Positions 38,501 to 49,300 of a DNA stretch of 64,000 nt are shown here, piece by piece. The notes beneath the pieces are model-generated. The model did not search any database. It saw only the letters and a list, made by a program, of their open reading frames with translations, and had not been told where the DNA came from. Position numbers and translations under genes: made by a program. Position 1 is the stretch's first letter. Every line of letters begins with the position of its first letter. This stretch comes from Asterias rubens (taxonomy: Eukaryota), in NCBI RefSeq assembly GCF_902459465.1, contig NC_047063.1, positions 2,170,001 through 2,234,000 of the forward strand. The letters run 5' to 3'.

Positions 38501-41500
38501 GAATGTTTAAAGAGTCTCAAGTCAAAGCAGTCATTTGCCTTGTACATCCTTTTGATTAACATTAACTAAACATATCGCTTATTCTTAGATATTGGCCTAT
38601 TAATATTCTGTTTAAAGTTCTTTATTAGCTGGTTGGTCATTAAGATAATTGGACTAGTTTGAGTCCATGGTTTACAAAGTCCATAGTGATAGAGGTCATT
38701 GCACTTTTAATTAGTTATTTGTTCTTCTACAAGTTAAAGCATATACATGCCTTGTATTTCCAAACAGGACCTTGACTTGACTTTAAAGTAAATTGTGTAG
38801 TTGAGCTTTTGTTTATGCTTTTATATTTTCTTTGTTTATGTTCTGACATTACTACATTTTCCTCTAATGAATTTCTTTGCTCAGTTGGTATTTTCCAAAG
38901 CTTAGTATTTATAAAAGACCACATCTGTTTGAACTCTTAACAGACGACCCATTTTGTTATTCAATGCACACGCCTGGAACTCAGAGTGCTTGAGTGGTAT
39001 ACATACGGTCACTGTGGTCTCTAGGTATTGTCGAAGCAGTACAAATGTTCTTGCCGCTTAACGAGTTGGCGAAGCACCTCTTTATCGGTGTATGCAGTTT
39101 AACAACGGCCCACGCCCAAGATTTATTATTAAATTCTGAAACAAAATTATATTTTCCAAGCGTTTTTTGTTGTGTATTCTTCAATAAATTGAAACTGTTT
39201 TCCATGCGTATGAGCGCAGCGCAGGAGCATGAATTAGTTTTAATGACGTCGGCCCAATGCATCTCACAGCCCTGCCATCCCGTAGTTATCCATCACCGAT
39301 CCCGAAGATGTGCTTATTGCTGTTACCGTTACTAGAATGAACTGCGTGTTACCTGAGATATCAACTGAGATACAAATTATGAATTAATTAAATCAGAACC
39401 GGTGGTTTAAAACACAAAAATGTTTTGATGGAATAATATAGATGCTAGTTCAGAGATTTTATTCGGCGGTTTGTATTAATTTTATTTACTCTTTACAGTC
39501 ATGTTTTGTTTGTTTAATTCGTTTTTTAACAGTCATGTTCTTGTCTGTTTTAAGTGCTCATATCCTTGCTGCGGTTAAACTGTTTTCCACGTTCGATTGA
39601 GAGCCATTGTATCCAATATACAACATGTTCTATATGGTCCAGCAGGGCTCTCGGCAGCAGTAACTTGGCACGTATCGGAACTCAGTACAGTGCTGTCTGA
39701 ACGCAAGGGGAAATTTGTTTACGATCAACCCCCGCTGCTCGAAAAAGTTAAACCTGTTAAACCGGTTCGCTGTCTGAACATACCCATTATGATTATGGTT
39801 GTTTATAGTGTTTGCTGAATAGACAAATTTTTACAAACTGTTGCTCTTCACAAAATTGCAACGTAACCAGGGTAAATAATCATCAGTGATTTGCTATGCC
39901 CCATTCACACAGCTCTACAACCTTATGAAGACCATGCTGATCATCGTGATCTTAAGCTTTACCCAGACGAGACGCAATCGCTGTCAAAATTAAGCAAACT
40001 TGCAAATTAAAGACTCCAAACAATTGTTCTGCCTCCAAGTCAAAAGGGTTGCTGACTCGCTGCCACTACCATTACTCCTAGACCAGCCAACCAAGCGGTT
40101 GTTTCTACTTCGAAATGGTTGCTGCGTTTTTTAATACGACCACAGAGATTTCACCACGATGCTACCATGCTGCTTGTTTGATAATGGCGTTCCGCTACGA
40201 CTTTGCCCCGATTATTGTTGGCTATGACCCGGCTACGTTTTCTATTTTGAACATGTTCAAAATAAGCCTGTGGAGAGAACACAGCTTCTCGACCTAGGAG
40301 ATCCCAGCCCGAACAAACTATGCCCATCGAGACCCTCCCACATTTGGCCCGCGATTTGCCACGCTCTCCTCGGCCATTTTTCCAGTGTAGCAGAAGCGGC
40401 GTCTATGTGTGAACAGGATTTCTGCATTAATTCAAACAGACTCATATGAAATAAGGGCCTGGTTTCTTTGATCATTTAGTCTAGAATTGTATAATGTAAT
40501 CTGTTATTATTAAACTTCGTCATATCTTAATTACCTTCTGTTGGTTGTTGTATGGTGGTTGGCATCATCGGTTGACCCTCTTCCTGAGGTTGTGTTGATT
40601 CCTCTTTGAAAATTAAAAGGAACAATATAAGGTTGTGTTACTTTGTTAACTACTTGATATGTTTAAACCCCTAGACTTGCATGGATGAAGACTCTAGTAT
40701 GTATGTCAATGGCTCGGGTTCTAACTTTGTCAAAATCAGACCATAGATGGAAGTTGTTTTAAAGAAAATAAAAAATGTAAGTTAAAAGGGGGATTTGTTT
40801 TCCTTTAATAATCGGTTCTATCAAAGAATACTTAACAGGATGAACTTCAAAGGCTCGAGAGAGGGCGTGGTGTACTCTGGAATGGAGTTACCTCTACCTC
40901 TAGCCCTACCCCTCTTGGTCGCCGCCCAGCACTAGTTTTCTTGGACTTGCCGGGGCGCTTGACCTTAGATTGGGTGGACCCATGTACGGTGACCGAAGAG
41001 GGGGAAGGCTCCCTCCTTGGTCAGTTGGTCCCCCAGCCGACGCAGCCGACTGAGGCTGCGGAGGCCGGTTGAAGGGTGAGCCCGTGATGGAGTGTCACCG
41101 GCGCAGCCCTCCGAGGGCTCCGACTGTCCCAGGAAAATGGACGTACCCCCAGTTCCGACAGTCAGAGCCCTCCCAAACTACTCATTTAATCAACGATCCT
41201 TATCAAAAACACTGTAACTAAACAACAACTCTACTATCTTCAATCTCAGTCTTTATTTAATTTTTTAGCAATAAAGGCAAGTTGTTTTTAAAAACGGTAA
41301 ACCTTTGGACACAGAATTATTTTCTTCCTCACCCAACTGTGGCTAAGAGAAAAGAGGGCGACTTCGTGGCAAGCATGTCATGGGGCATTGTGGGTAGAAT
41401 GGTGGATGGCGCTATTGTGTGTAAAGTCTTAGTAATATGGCCTGGCGGCATAGGGAATATGCAAATTTATATTCGAGTCTACCGGTAAGCATTCCTTTAG

Positions 41501-42295
41501 TAGACCCCATCACACTTCTGTGGGGGGGGGGGGGGGGGGGGGGTATTACCTGTGTTTGATCTCCTCCTACAGCACAGGAAAGTCCCTGTAGAGAGTACAG
41601 ATAATAGTTAGTTCAATTTGTTGACAGAACACAGAACAGTAGTTTGAAGGACCAATATTTTTGTGTTTACATAAAACGGCAATATTGTATAATTTGATTT
41701 TTTAAAGCAATTTTGTGGAGTCACAATTTTGTTTTTCACAAAGTGGCAGGTGCTGTTAGTTCACAAAGTAAAATAAAAACCACACATTTTTAAGCATATT
41801 TTGTCACCGTTTTCACAAAAAGCCACATATGTTAAAATGACAACTAATTAATAACTACAGGAAGGGGCCGACAAGACTTAATTGAAGTCATGGTATTGCA
41901 GGACTCGAGAGGGCCATCCAGTAAGGAGACTTCTCCACAGTGGGAGTAACAATAGAAAATTTTTGTAAAGAACTAAAATCTTGTGCCTTTAAGAACAATC
42001 AGGGCATGTTTGCGCATGTTCAAAATTTATTCATACATCATTTATAAAATAGAGTCCGTTTTGGACTGAGTTATATATGAACTGGATTTTGTTGAGAGGT
42101 CTGTTCCACTTGTAGAGAATGTCTGCTATACATTTTAGCAAAATTTAATAATGTGTCTGCCTGACTTCTAAACTCGGATTAATAATACATCTTCTAGAAT
42201 GGAGCATCTCATAAGAACCTCCATCCACTGTTGTCAAACGACAGTACTTTAATAATTACCTGTTCCTGGTTGCCTCTGACACCCCATGAAAGTCA
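29833..42295 (-). CDS. Predicted spliced NLR gene (5' end not established), interrupted by a LINE
   Basis: All phase-1 GT-AG exons: 42260-42295 and 41550-41585 (36-nt microexons, tentative), 40535-40603 (EESTQPQEEGQPMMPTTIQQPTE), 36976-36977 + 33378-33603 (split linker exon DTETKKP...QNVT), 29833-32582. Confidence 0.6.
33604..36975 (+). mobile_element. Near full-length L2-group (Crack/Daphne-like) LINE inserted in NLR exon
   Basis: Single EN-RT ORF, ~250-nt 3' UTR with aataaa, (ATGA)n tail ending at 36975; flanks rejoin as NLR coding sequence; no TSD evident. Confidence 0.9.
33799..36699 (+). CDS. LINE ORF2: apurinic-type endonuclease + reverse transcriptase (966 aa)
   Basis: RGCRGG leader; EN motifs NPRSL, ITETW, GDFN, SDH; RT motifs DFSKAFD, GVPQGTKLG, YVDD; C-terminal LERVQKRACR. 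Confidence 0.95.
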   Translation: MMTSVLKYSAKSLTDIGRKLQKTNLPQRTWDILRANNIAKINKRGCRGGSTTLRHIPVVMSQRSTILKSTQRRGIGNLINITTEQPRYHYQLPTTLLCNPRSLNNKVDELSLILNNNKVDIGAITETWFSPDQPVDQFSIHGYNIFSRPRKERRGGDVALYTKQCLNATLLDNIEVPDDIEAIWVNVRPPRLPRSISNIVIGTVYYPPKSIIAQPLLDHISSTVDQILTRQPDSGIIVMGDFNRLELDPLLPTHEDAILDKIITNLSSFYNPVEISSPLGLSDHRCVIVRPKSPIRNTNTSKTRVVRPMKDSDVRECGSWLSDHDWLEVISTHDVTAKCTEFYETLNCVLDTYFPKKSVKKHPTDKPWLTPYIKSLVVKRQRAFHGNQQSLWRYFRNKINREIKLAKKTHYTTKVERLKKSNPSSWFREVRLITTGTSTNRNIHVRNIDPTAHKDIASAICEKFAAVGNDLDPLDTSLLPAYLPAKPIPPVQPWEVLKQLQRISSIKASGPDNISARFIRQYSYELSKPLTHIINASFAQLIVPAQWKRAIVVPVPKTSPANIDNLRPIALTDHFAKVTNHFIAQQTMASIKPNLDPAQFGNIKNVSTTHCLIDVLHTLHANAELPKSISSILLTDFSKAFDHIDHTIAVSKLLKLGVPPHLAAWIGDFISNREQCLRYLDCFSEWTPTNAGVPQGTKLGAIIFLAVINDAGFKENNTSIKHFKYVDDMTVIETRDASVGSNLPSAITDLDVWSSDNKMQLNVKKCFTMDICFSRNQPVPLSLTLNDKTITQCAVIKLLGVFIQADLRWDTHVGSMIKRANSRLFMLRKLKYHYLSISDLVAIYTSFVRPILEYAAPAWSGALSSKQCNDLERVQKRACRIILGNDYVRYSDALQLCSIETLVCRRNHLCQSFAKTLPSSVLKRLLPQRHDSGYQLRNSGLLGQFKCRTERYRKSPLPHLTRLFNN
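37316..37433 (-). pseudogene. Short internally deleted copy of NLR NACHT-region sequence (source ~31622-31792)
   Basis: tctttgatgtctctt..gtttttcttttga.tatgtatttcagtgcttt and ..tctttgccaaatcagacaag match the main exon, with ~50 nt missing between them; reads LSDLAKNPKLL..NKALKYIVKRK. Confidence 0.8.
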
Positions 42296-42383
42296 CTGTA
42301 AGTAACACAGATAAGAGTTACAAATCGTTAATAACAAACCGCATTCCAGTTCAATTCAATATTTAAGATTGTTGACACACAAA

Positions 42384-42917
42384 CACTGCAGGTCAATCAA
42401 TGCTCTGATTGGTTGTGTGGTTGGCGGGCTCAGGGCTATTGTTAGGGTTGGCCATTGTGTGAGAAACCCCTCGGGTGTAGTGAGGCGTGTCAGTAGGTTG
42501 GGGGTTGTTAGAGGAGGAGGGTGGTAGGATAGTATGCCAAATGCTGCTGATGAAATAACCGATATCTTGTGGCACAGTGTCGTGTCTGTATATTTCGATA
42601 GCTTCCCTTATACGCCTTGTATACCAATGTCTCTCAGGTGCTATGATTCGAGCCTGATCCCAATCTATGACATGGTCTAAATCGGTGGAGTGTTTGACAA
42701 TGGCAGATTTGTCATTTTCCCCTCTGCGGCCGTGTGCTTTATGTTCTTTTAGCCTGGTAGTTAGGTCTCTACTGGTCTCGCCAATGTACACTTTACCACA
42801 AGTACAAGGAATTCGATAGACCCCTGCCTGACTGCTAGAGTCATGCTTGTCTTTGTTTTTCACCGTTCCGAACTGCCTCATTATGCCTTTAAAAAAGGTA
42901 GATTTGAGCATGGTCAC
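42384..42917 (-). mobile_element. Penelope-like element fragment with GIY-YIG endonuclease C-terminus
   Basis: AGVYRIPCTCGKVYIGETSRDLTTRLKEH..KSAIVKH..HVIDW..RRIREAIEI; RT missing; truncated just before the hammerhead seen at 16100. Confidence 0.9.
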
Positions 42918-43017
42918 GGTAACAAGAAAACGGATAATACAAGGTATTTTTTAATGCATTTATGGTTCTTTTGGGCACTGTATCAATTTTCACTGTGTGC
43001 ATAAACTTTGGCAGAAA

Positions 43018-43985
43018 CCCAGCTAGCCAAATAGATCTGGGCCAGATCTGGCTTGTGTCTGGCATGAACTGCAACCAGATCTGGCGTGCCACATCCGGAC
43101 CAGGTCTGGCCTAAATCTGGCGTGCTCATTTTTCGCCAGATCTGGCTTGCTTATCTGGGCCAGATCTGGTGTGTTGCGTCTGGGCCAGACAAACATTCCA
43201 GATCTGGACCAGACAAACGTAACAGATCTGGACCAGACAACCATGCCAGATCTGGACAATACAAACAGGCCAGATCTGGACCAGACAAACATGCCAGATC
43301 TGGACCAGACAAACATGCCAGATCTGGACCAGACAAACATGCCAGATCTGGACCAGACAAACATGCCAGATCTGGACCAGACAAACATGCCAGATCTGGA
43401 CCAGACAACCATGCCAGATCTGGACAATACAAACAGGCCAGATCTGGACCAGACAAACAGGCCAGATCTGGACCAGACAAACATGCCAGATCTGGACCAG
43501 ACAAACATGCCAGATCTGGACCAGACAAACTTGCCAGATCTGGACTAGACAAATATTCCAGATCTGGCCCAGATAAACATGCCATGTCTGGGCCAGCTGC
43601 ACATACCAGATCTGGGCAGATAAATATACTATGTCTGGGCCAGATTAACATTCCAGATCTGGGCCAGTTGAACAGGCAACGTCTGGGCCAGATAAACATA
43701 CCAGATCTGGGTCAGTTAAACACGCTATGTCTGGGCCAGATGAACATAACAGATCTGGACCAGTTGAACATACCACGTCTGGGCCAGATTGTCTCGTCAG
43801 ATCTGGGCCAGACAAACATGCTAAGTCTATGCCAGATGACCATGCCACGTCTGGGCCAGATAAGCATGCCATGTCTCGGCAAGATGAGCATGCCAGATCT
43901 GAGCCAGATGAACATGCCAGATCAGGGCCAGATTGACATTTCAGATCTGGGCCAAATCAACATGTCATGTCTAGGCCAGAACATT
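43018..43985. repeat. 24-bp tandem array (consensus CCAGATCTGGACCAGACAAACATG), left subterminal array
   Basis: About 40 units; perfect palindrome CCAGATCTGG overlapping TCTGG-N-CCAGA; most homogeneous at ~43270-43540. Explains the overlapping repetitive ORFs. Confidence 0.95.
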
Positions 43986-44157
43986 CCAATTCAGGTAAAA
44001 AGAACCACACAAACACACCTTTTAGAATCAAGACATATTGCAGAAAGCAAAAAGTATTCTGTTACTCATTCTCTTTTTATTAACAAAAACATTGACATTT
44101 TAAGTTACGCTTAATCACAGAGCGGAAATTTCCCTATGTTCTTGTGCCCTTTTTTTT

Positions 44158-46255
44158 AGGTGTTCGGCTACCAGCCGAAAACCTATTGTTATTGTTCAGA
44201 TTTGTTTATACTTTTTCTTCTCCCTCTTCTTCTTCTTCTTCTTCCCGGGAACTTATATCCAAAGATAACTCAAGATTGAAATTGAACTGAACCTTCAAAC
44301 TTGGCACATACTTGAACCTCAACTTGAGGACGGCACTTGAACAATGACTTCATCATCAGGTGTCGAATTACATTAAATCAAAGTTTAATAATTAAAAAAA
44401 TCATAACTCCTAAAGTACACAATGGATTTTCACAAACTATACATCATCGGAAAGGTCTTATAGAGATGACCCCAATTTGATCTTGTCTTCCTGTTTATAC
44501 CGGAAGTTGAAGCCAAAAATGCTTAAAAACTCACAATTTAAGCTGTGGAGTCAATATGAAACAGAATTTGGACATGGTTTCATGTAGTCCATGACCTCTG
44601 AAAATATTATATTGATGACGTCATCAAATGTTATACTAATTGTTACGATGACAAGTTTGAAAATAAGAAATTTTTCTATTTCAAATTCCTTTTGAGCAAT
44701 CTTCATGTTGAATTTTTTGGTTAAAGATATTGACTAGAAAAGCCTAATTTTGAAATTTGAACAAAATCAGCCGTTGCATTACAAAGTTATATTAAGGTCG
44801 AAATTTTAGTGCGATCTGGTATAAAGTGTGCAATACACTCACCTCACGTGTGTTATGCACTGGAAGTTTTTACTGTATGTACATGTACATGTAATATATG
44901 TACATGTACACACATACATGCGTTGTTATGTGTACACCTACATGTGACAAGTCAGGTCTCGTCAACTTGTGTGTAATGGCGTCGCAAAGTAAACTGTCTT
45001 AAATCATGCAAAGTTCAGTGGGGAAAATGTTTCCCTTTATTTCATTCTGGTGACTTAATGTTGATAGTTGTAGAAAGAGGACACTTTACTGAGACGATCA
45101 CATGCTCGTGTGAGTTGTTTGTTGTATAATAGCGGAGAAAATGCAATCGACAAAATGATTGTCTTTCGTTCTAAATATACCATACCAATCACATACATGA
45201 CTATTCTGACAGGCGAAATATTTATTTGTACTTTTATGATCTTTATGCAAGAAGGTTTGTCATATGAACTTTCAACTTCCGGTTTAACAGGAACTAAAGG
45301 TCAAAGGGTCACACTTTGTGCATGATATTTAGAAATGCCAGAGAGCTTTAAATTGACGTCATGATTACTAATGTATCATATTTCATTAATAAGATACATG
45401 TTTTTGTTGTAGAAACTTATACTTCTGGTTTCGATCGGAAGCAGGGTCAAATGAGGCCACACATTTTGTTATCTAGGTTTGCCCGATAGCTTTAAATTGA
45501 TGTAAAAATTATCTATTTACCACGCTTCATTCATAACAAACTTTTTATATGTACAAACCTATACTTCTGGTTTCGACCGGAAGTGAAGTTCAAATTGGGT
45601 CACACATTATTCGAATTTGTTTAATTGTCCACCGGCCTTTATTAATATACACATTTACGTTCTTGAAATATGATTTTTTTTACAAAAAATTATGGAAGTA
45701 AAGGTCAAATTGGGTCACACCCTGTGTACGATTTGTTTAACACGCATGACCTTTCATATGTTTTTTTCATGTACACATTGTGGTCAAGGTTAATATAGTA
45801 AGTTTGAAGTCCATATTATGCATTGAAAGTTTTTTCATATTTCTATTCACTTAGGCTACAGCCCCAAATAACATGATTTGTTTCTTCAGTAAAGGTCAAA
45901 TGAGGTTTCATGTATTAAAAGAATCTTGAACGTAGCTCTTTTGGTTCTGAAGATATGATTTTTCAAATTATTTAAAGTGTATTTGACGTAATGACGTCAT
46001 CAATGACGTCATCAATCCCAAAAAGTTGCGGTGTTGTCTACTCACCAAGGTTGATGTTCATGAGAAGTTTTAAGTTCATACAAGTTTCAGTTTTCCTCAA
46101 ACTTTGCGGAGAAGGTTCAGGCATAAGAAAAAACGAGGAAAACAAAAAAACAACCCAGAACAACAACAATAGGTTTTCGGCTGGTAGCCGAATACCTAAA
46201 AAAACAAAACAAAATTAACAATAACAATAGTTGTTCGGCTGTTGGCCGAACACCT
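44158..46255. mobile_element. Nested non-autonomous element with inverted hairpin termini in T/A tracts (class uncertain)
   Basis: Left AGGTgTTCGGCTaccAGCCGAAaACCTattgtt at 44158; inverted copy ending 46197; a second tandem hairpin copy ending 46255; internal repeats such as tatacttctggtttcga.cggaag. Confidence 0.75.
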
Positions 46256-46364
46256 AAAAAGAAAGAAAAAACAACTTAACAATAACAATTAATAGGTATT
46301 AACACAAAAAATACAAAAATTAAGGGTCGCAGCCTAAAGGGGCTGACTAACGGGGCTGAACAAA

Positions 46365-49300
46365 TTAACGGTCATCATCGTCGGAACTACCCGCATCTAG
46401 CTCTACAGGGTTGTCCTCTGCTGGCACCTGAGGCTCTCGATCATCCCTGGAACGCCTTTTTCTTCCTCCTTGACGACCCGCATCTAGCTCTACAGGGTTG
46501 TCCTCTGCTGGCACCTGAGGCTCTAGATCATCCCTGGAACGCCTTTTTCTTCCTCCTTGACGATCCTTGGCCCCATCAAACCAGTTCACAAGGACTGACC
46601 GATACTCCCGGTCAGAAACATGTTCAAACTTCTTCCGGATAGCATCTGAAAGCAACAAATTGAAAAAAGAGTAATGTTTGCCAAGCATTTTAGTGACAGA
46701 AAAAATCTATATTAAGTCAACATGATCGTTCTTAACTTAAAATTTTTGTGCAAATTGTTTTTGCAAAAATGTGGTTTTCAAGTACCGCTTACTCTTTCTG
46801 TTTTATTTGATAAGGTTATGCGCGGTACCTTGTCTCTTCATATGCATTGTTAATACCACACCAGCTTTGCCCAGGCTGCACTGGACAACGTCATCAGGGC
46901 ATCATTACCACTGATGTCCATACGCGCAACCACAGACACAACAATCATGTTGTGTACGTGTGCGTTAGTCTTTTTTGGGAAGTGCTTGAGCGCATGTGTA
47001 CTGTACTGTTGTACTAGCCAATCATTGACCTACAAAGTGCCGGATCAATGCAGGTTTAAGAGCCATCTACACCTACGGCACTCTCGGAACCGGAGAATTT
47101 ATGACGACTTACATTGTATGCGAATGCCAACCTCTACTCTAAGTCGTCATTTTGCCGACTTACATGAATTGGATGGCCTATGCACATCTGGATCTGGATC
47201 AATACTGAAAACGATCTCCCATTATGTATTCACAAAGATTTCATTGCACTAATTCAAAGGCTCCTTTTACCCTTGTTTACTTTTACACTAGTGGTTGATT
47301 CCAGCAAATATATTGTTCACAAAAAGTCTGAGTGTTGTACATGTACATATATAAAGCAAGAATGGCGGGCCGCCGCAGTATGCATACATTGCATGCAAAA
47401 TGCTCGCATGTGTACAATGAATCAAGGGTGGTACTACGGGGATAGTTCAATAAGGGGACCCTCGATAAGGGGACCTGAATGCCATGCGCGCAGTCCTAGA
47501 CAGGGTACTGGTACATGTATTGCTCATCGTAGTGGAAGCCCCTTTTTGATTGCACACACGCATGGTCTATGTCCAGATCTGTATCGCAGGGCCGGAAGTT
47601 GATCACAATTAACATAAAATCACGTCATGACGCCATCAACATGTTATTTCAATTTTTGTCTATAACACTTCCTAAAATACCTGCATGTTGAAAGTTTAAG
47701 CCAAGTTCGGGCAAATACTTGCAAAGATATTGGGTCTTGACAATTGCATCTTTAAGATGATGTCACATGACCTGTGATGACGTCACGAAGACAAAAAGAT
47801 GTGACAGTAGACGTGGGATAGTAATCTAACTGTGTGCCAAGTATGAAGTTGATTGGCAGTGCCACATTGAGTATTGTTTCCAGACGCCTCAGCTGGCTGA
47901 ACATAGTATAGGTTATGGTGTTGCCCGACTAAATGAATGCACCAGACCGCACGCGTAGCTCAAGGAATCAACAAGGTGCATGTGTCATCTAAAAACATGA
48001 CAATTTGTCAAGCCTTTGGCTGTTCAAACAAACCTAGCTTACGGAAACGCTTTAGTGTTTTTACCAAATACTTGCCGAGGTTATACCCCAGGGCAACACT
48101 GTTGTTTAATGTTTCCTCCAACATCTTTCGGACACCCTCAGTTATACTCCGGCCGTTAAAGGCACCAAGATGCCATACCTGCAAAGAATGGATCAAAGAA
48201 TGACACAAATTGTGTTAAATTATCTCCCACTTCACGTGGCTCATATTTTTCACCATTATAACACAAACATGGGGAGTGGGGGTTGTCACTTATATTAATC
48301 ACTTGTATGAAGAGGAAGATCTATACCAAACATATTTATAACTGAGATTACAACAACATTACTAATGAAAGACGAAATTACATCTTGTTACTCTGTGGAT
48401 GTTTTTCCCGAACAGCCTTTATATATTCTTCCACTTCCTTTTTTTTTAATTCACCAATTTCTTCAGTGACATCACAAATGATGACATGAGTCCTTGCACG
48501 CTGATTCTTTTGAACTTAAACTATTTTGTGGTTTAACTGCCATTCCAAAATGGTGGCTTGTCATTTCCAAACCAGAAGCCCATTTCACAAGAGCGCTAAA
48601 AACACAGGTCCTGTGTGATGTAATCACATCGATGTCACAAACGCAGAGATATGATGCCGTGCGAAAGTGCAACCCTGTCAAGAAATTGCACGGGTCACAT
48701 GCATCGGATGGAGACCCCCTCCAAAATTTTGCATCAAAATCCATGGGATAATCACCAGGATTGAACGTAGGAATGCACGACATACGTTTAATTGCAACGG
48801 TACCATGCATTGGTGTTCATCACGGCCGCGACGGCCGTGTGCAAAATGCAAAATGACGGTTCACGAAAACAAGCCATCAAATTTTCCCACATGCATTGTC
48901 GATGCCCTAAGAACAAACCAATCTCTTTTATAAAAAAAAACTAAAAGTAAAAAAAATCCAACTTAGAGATTGAGACTTTCTCCGGACTAAAAATCATCAA
49001 GTCGCCGCGACTGATTTGTCAGATCATCCATTGATACTATAGAGGGTAGTGTACCCCCTTTTCGAAGTTTTACATCATTTCTCTGATATGTTCTTTGAAA
49101 AAAAAAATATTCTGACAATGAAGGACTTAGATTTAAACAAGGACATGGTTTGGACTTCACAAAGAGTATTTATTTTTATTCTGAAATGTGGAAATGCTGG
49201 TAAATTGGTTTTTTTTAACAGTGGTACACCTCTAGACCATAATGGTGTGATGCACTTCTACACACACGTGCTAGGATATGTTGGGCGGGACGGGTTGGTC

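Noticed and set aside
43023-44114. Repetitive proteins (ORFs of 133-342 aa)
   Set aside because: They are by-products of a stop-free 24-bp tandem repeat, open on both strands; no coding evidence.
47997-48070. THAP-like start MTICQAFGCSN on the plus strand
   Set aside because: No downstream W, P or C-x-x-H-F THAP motifs, and it abuts or overlaps the antisense DUF4806 exon; likely chance.
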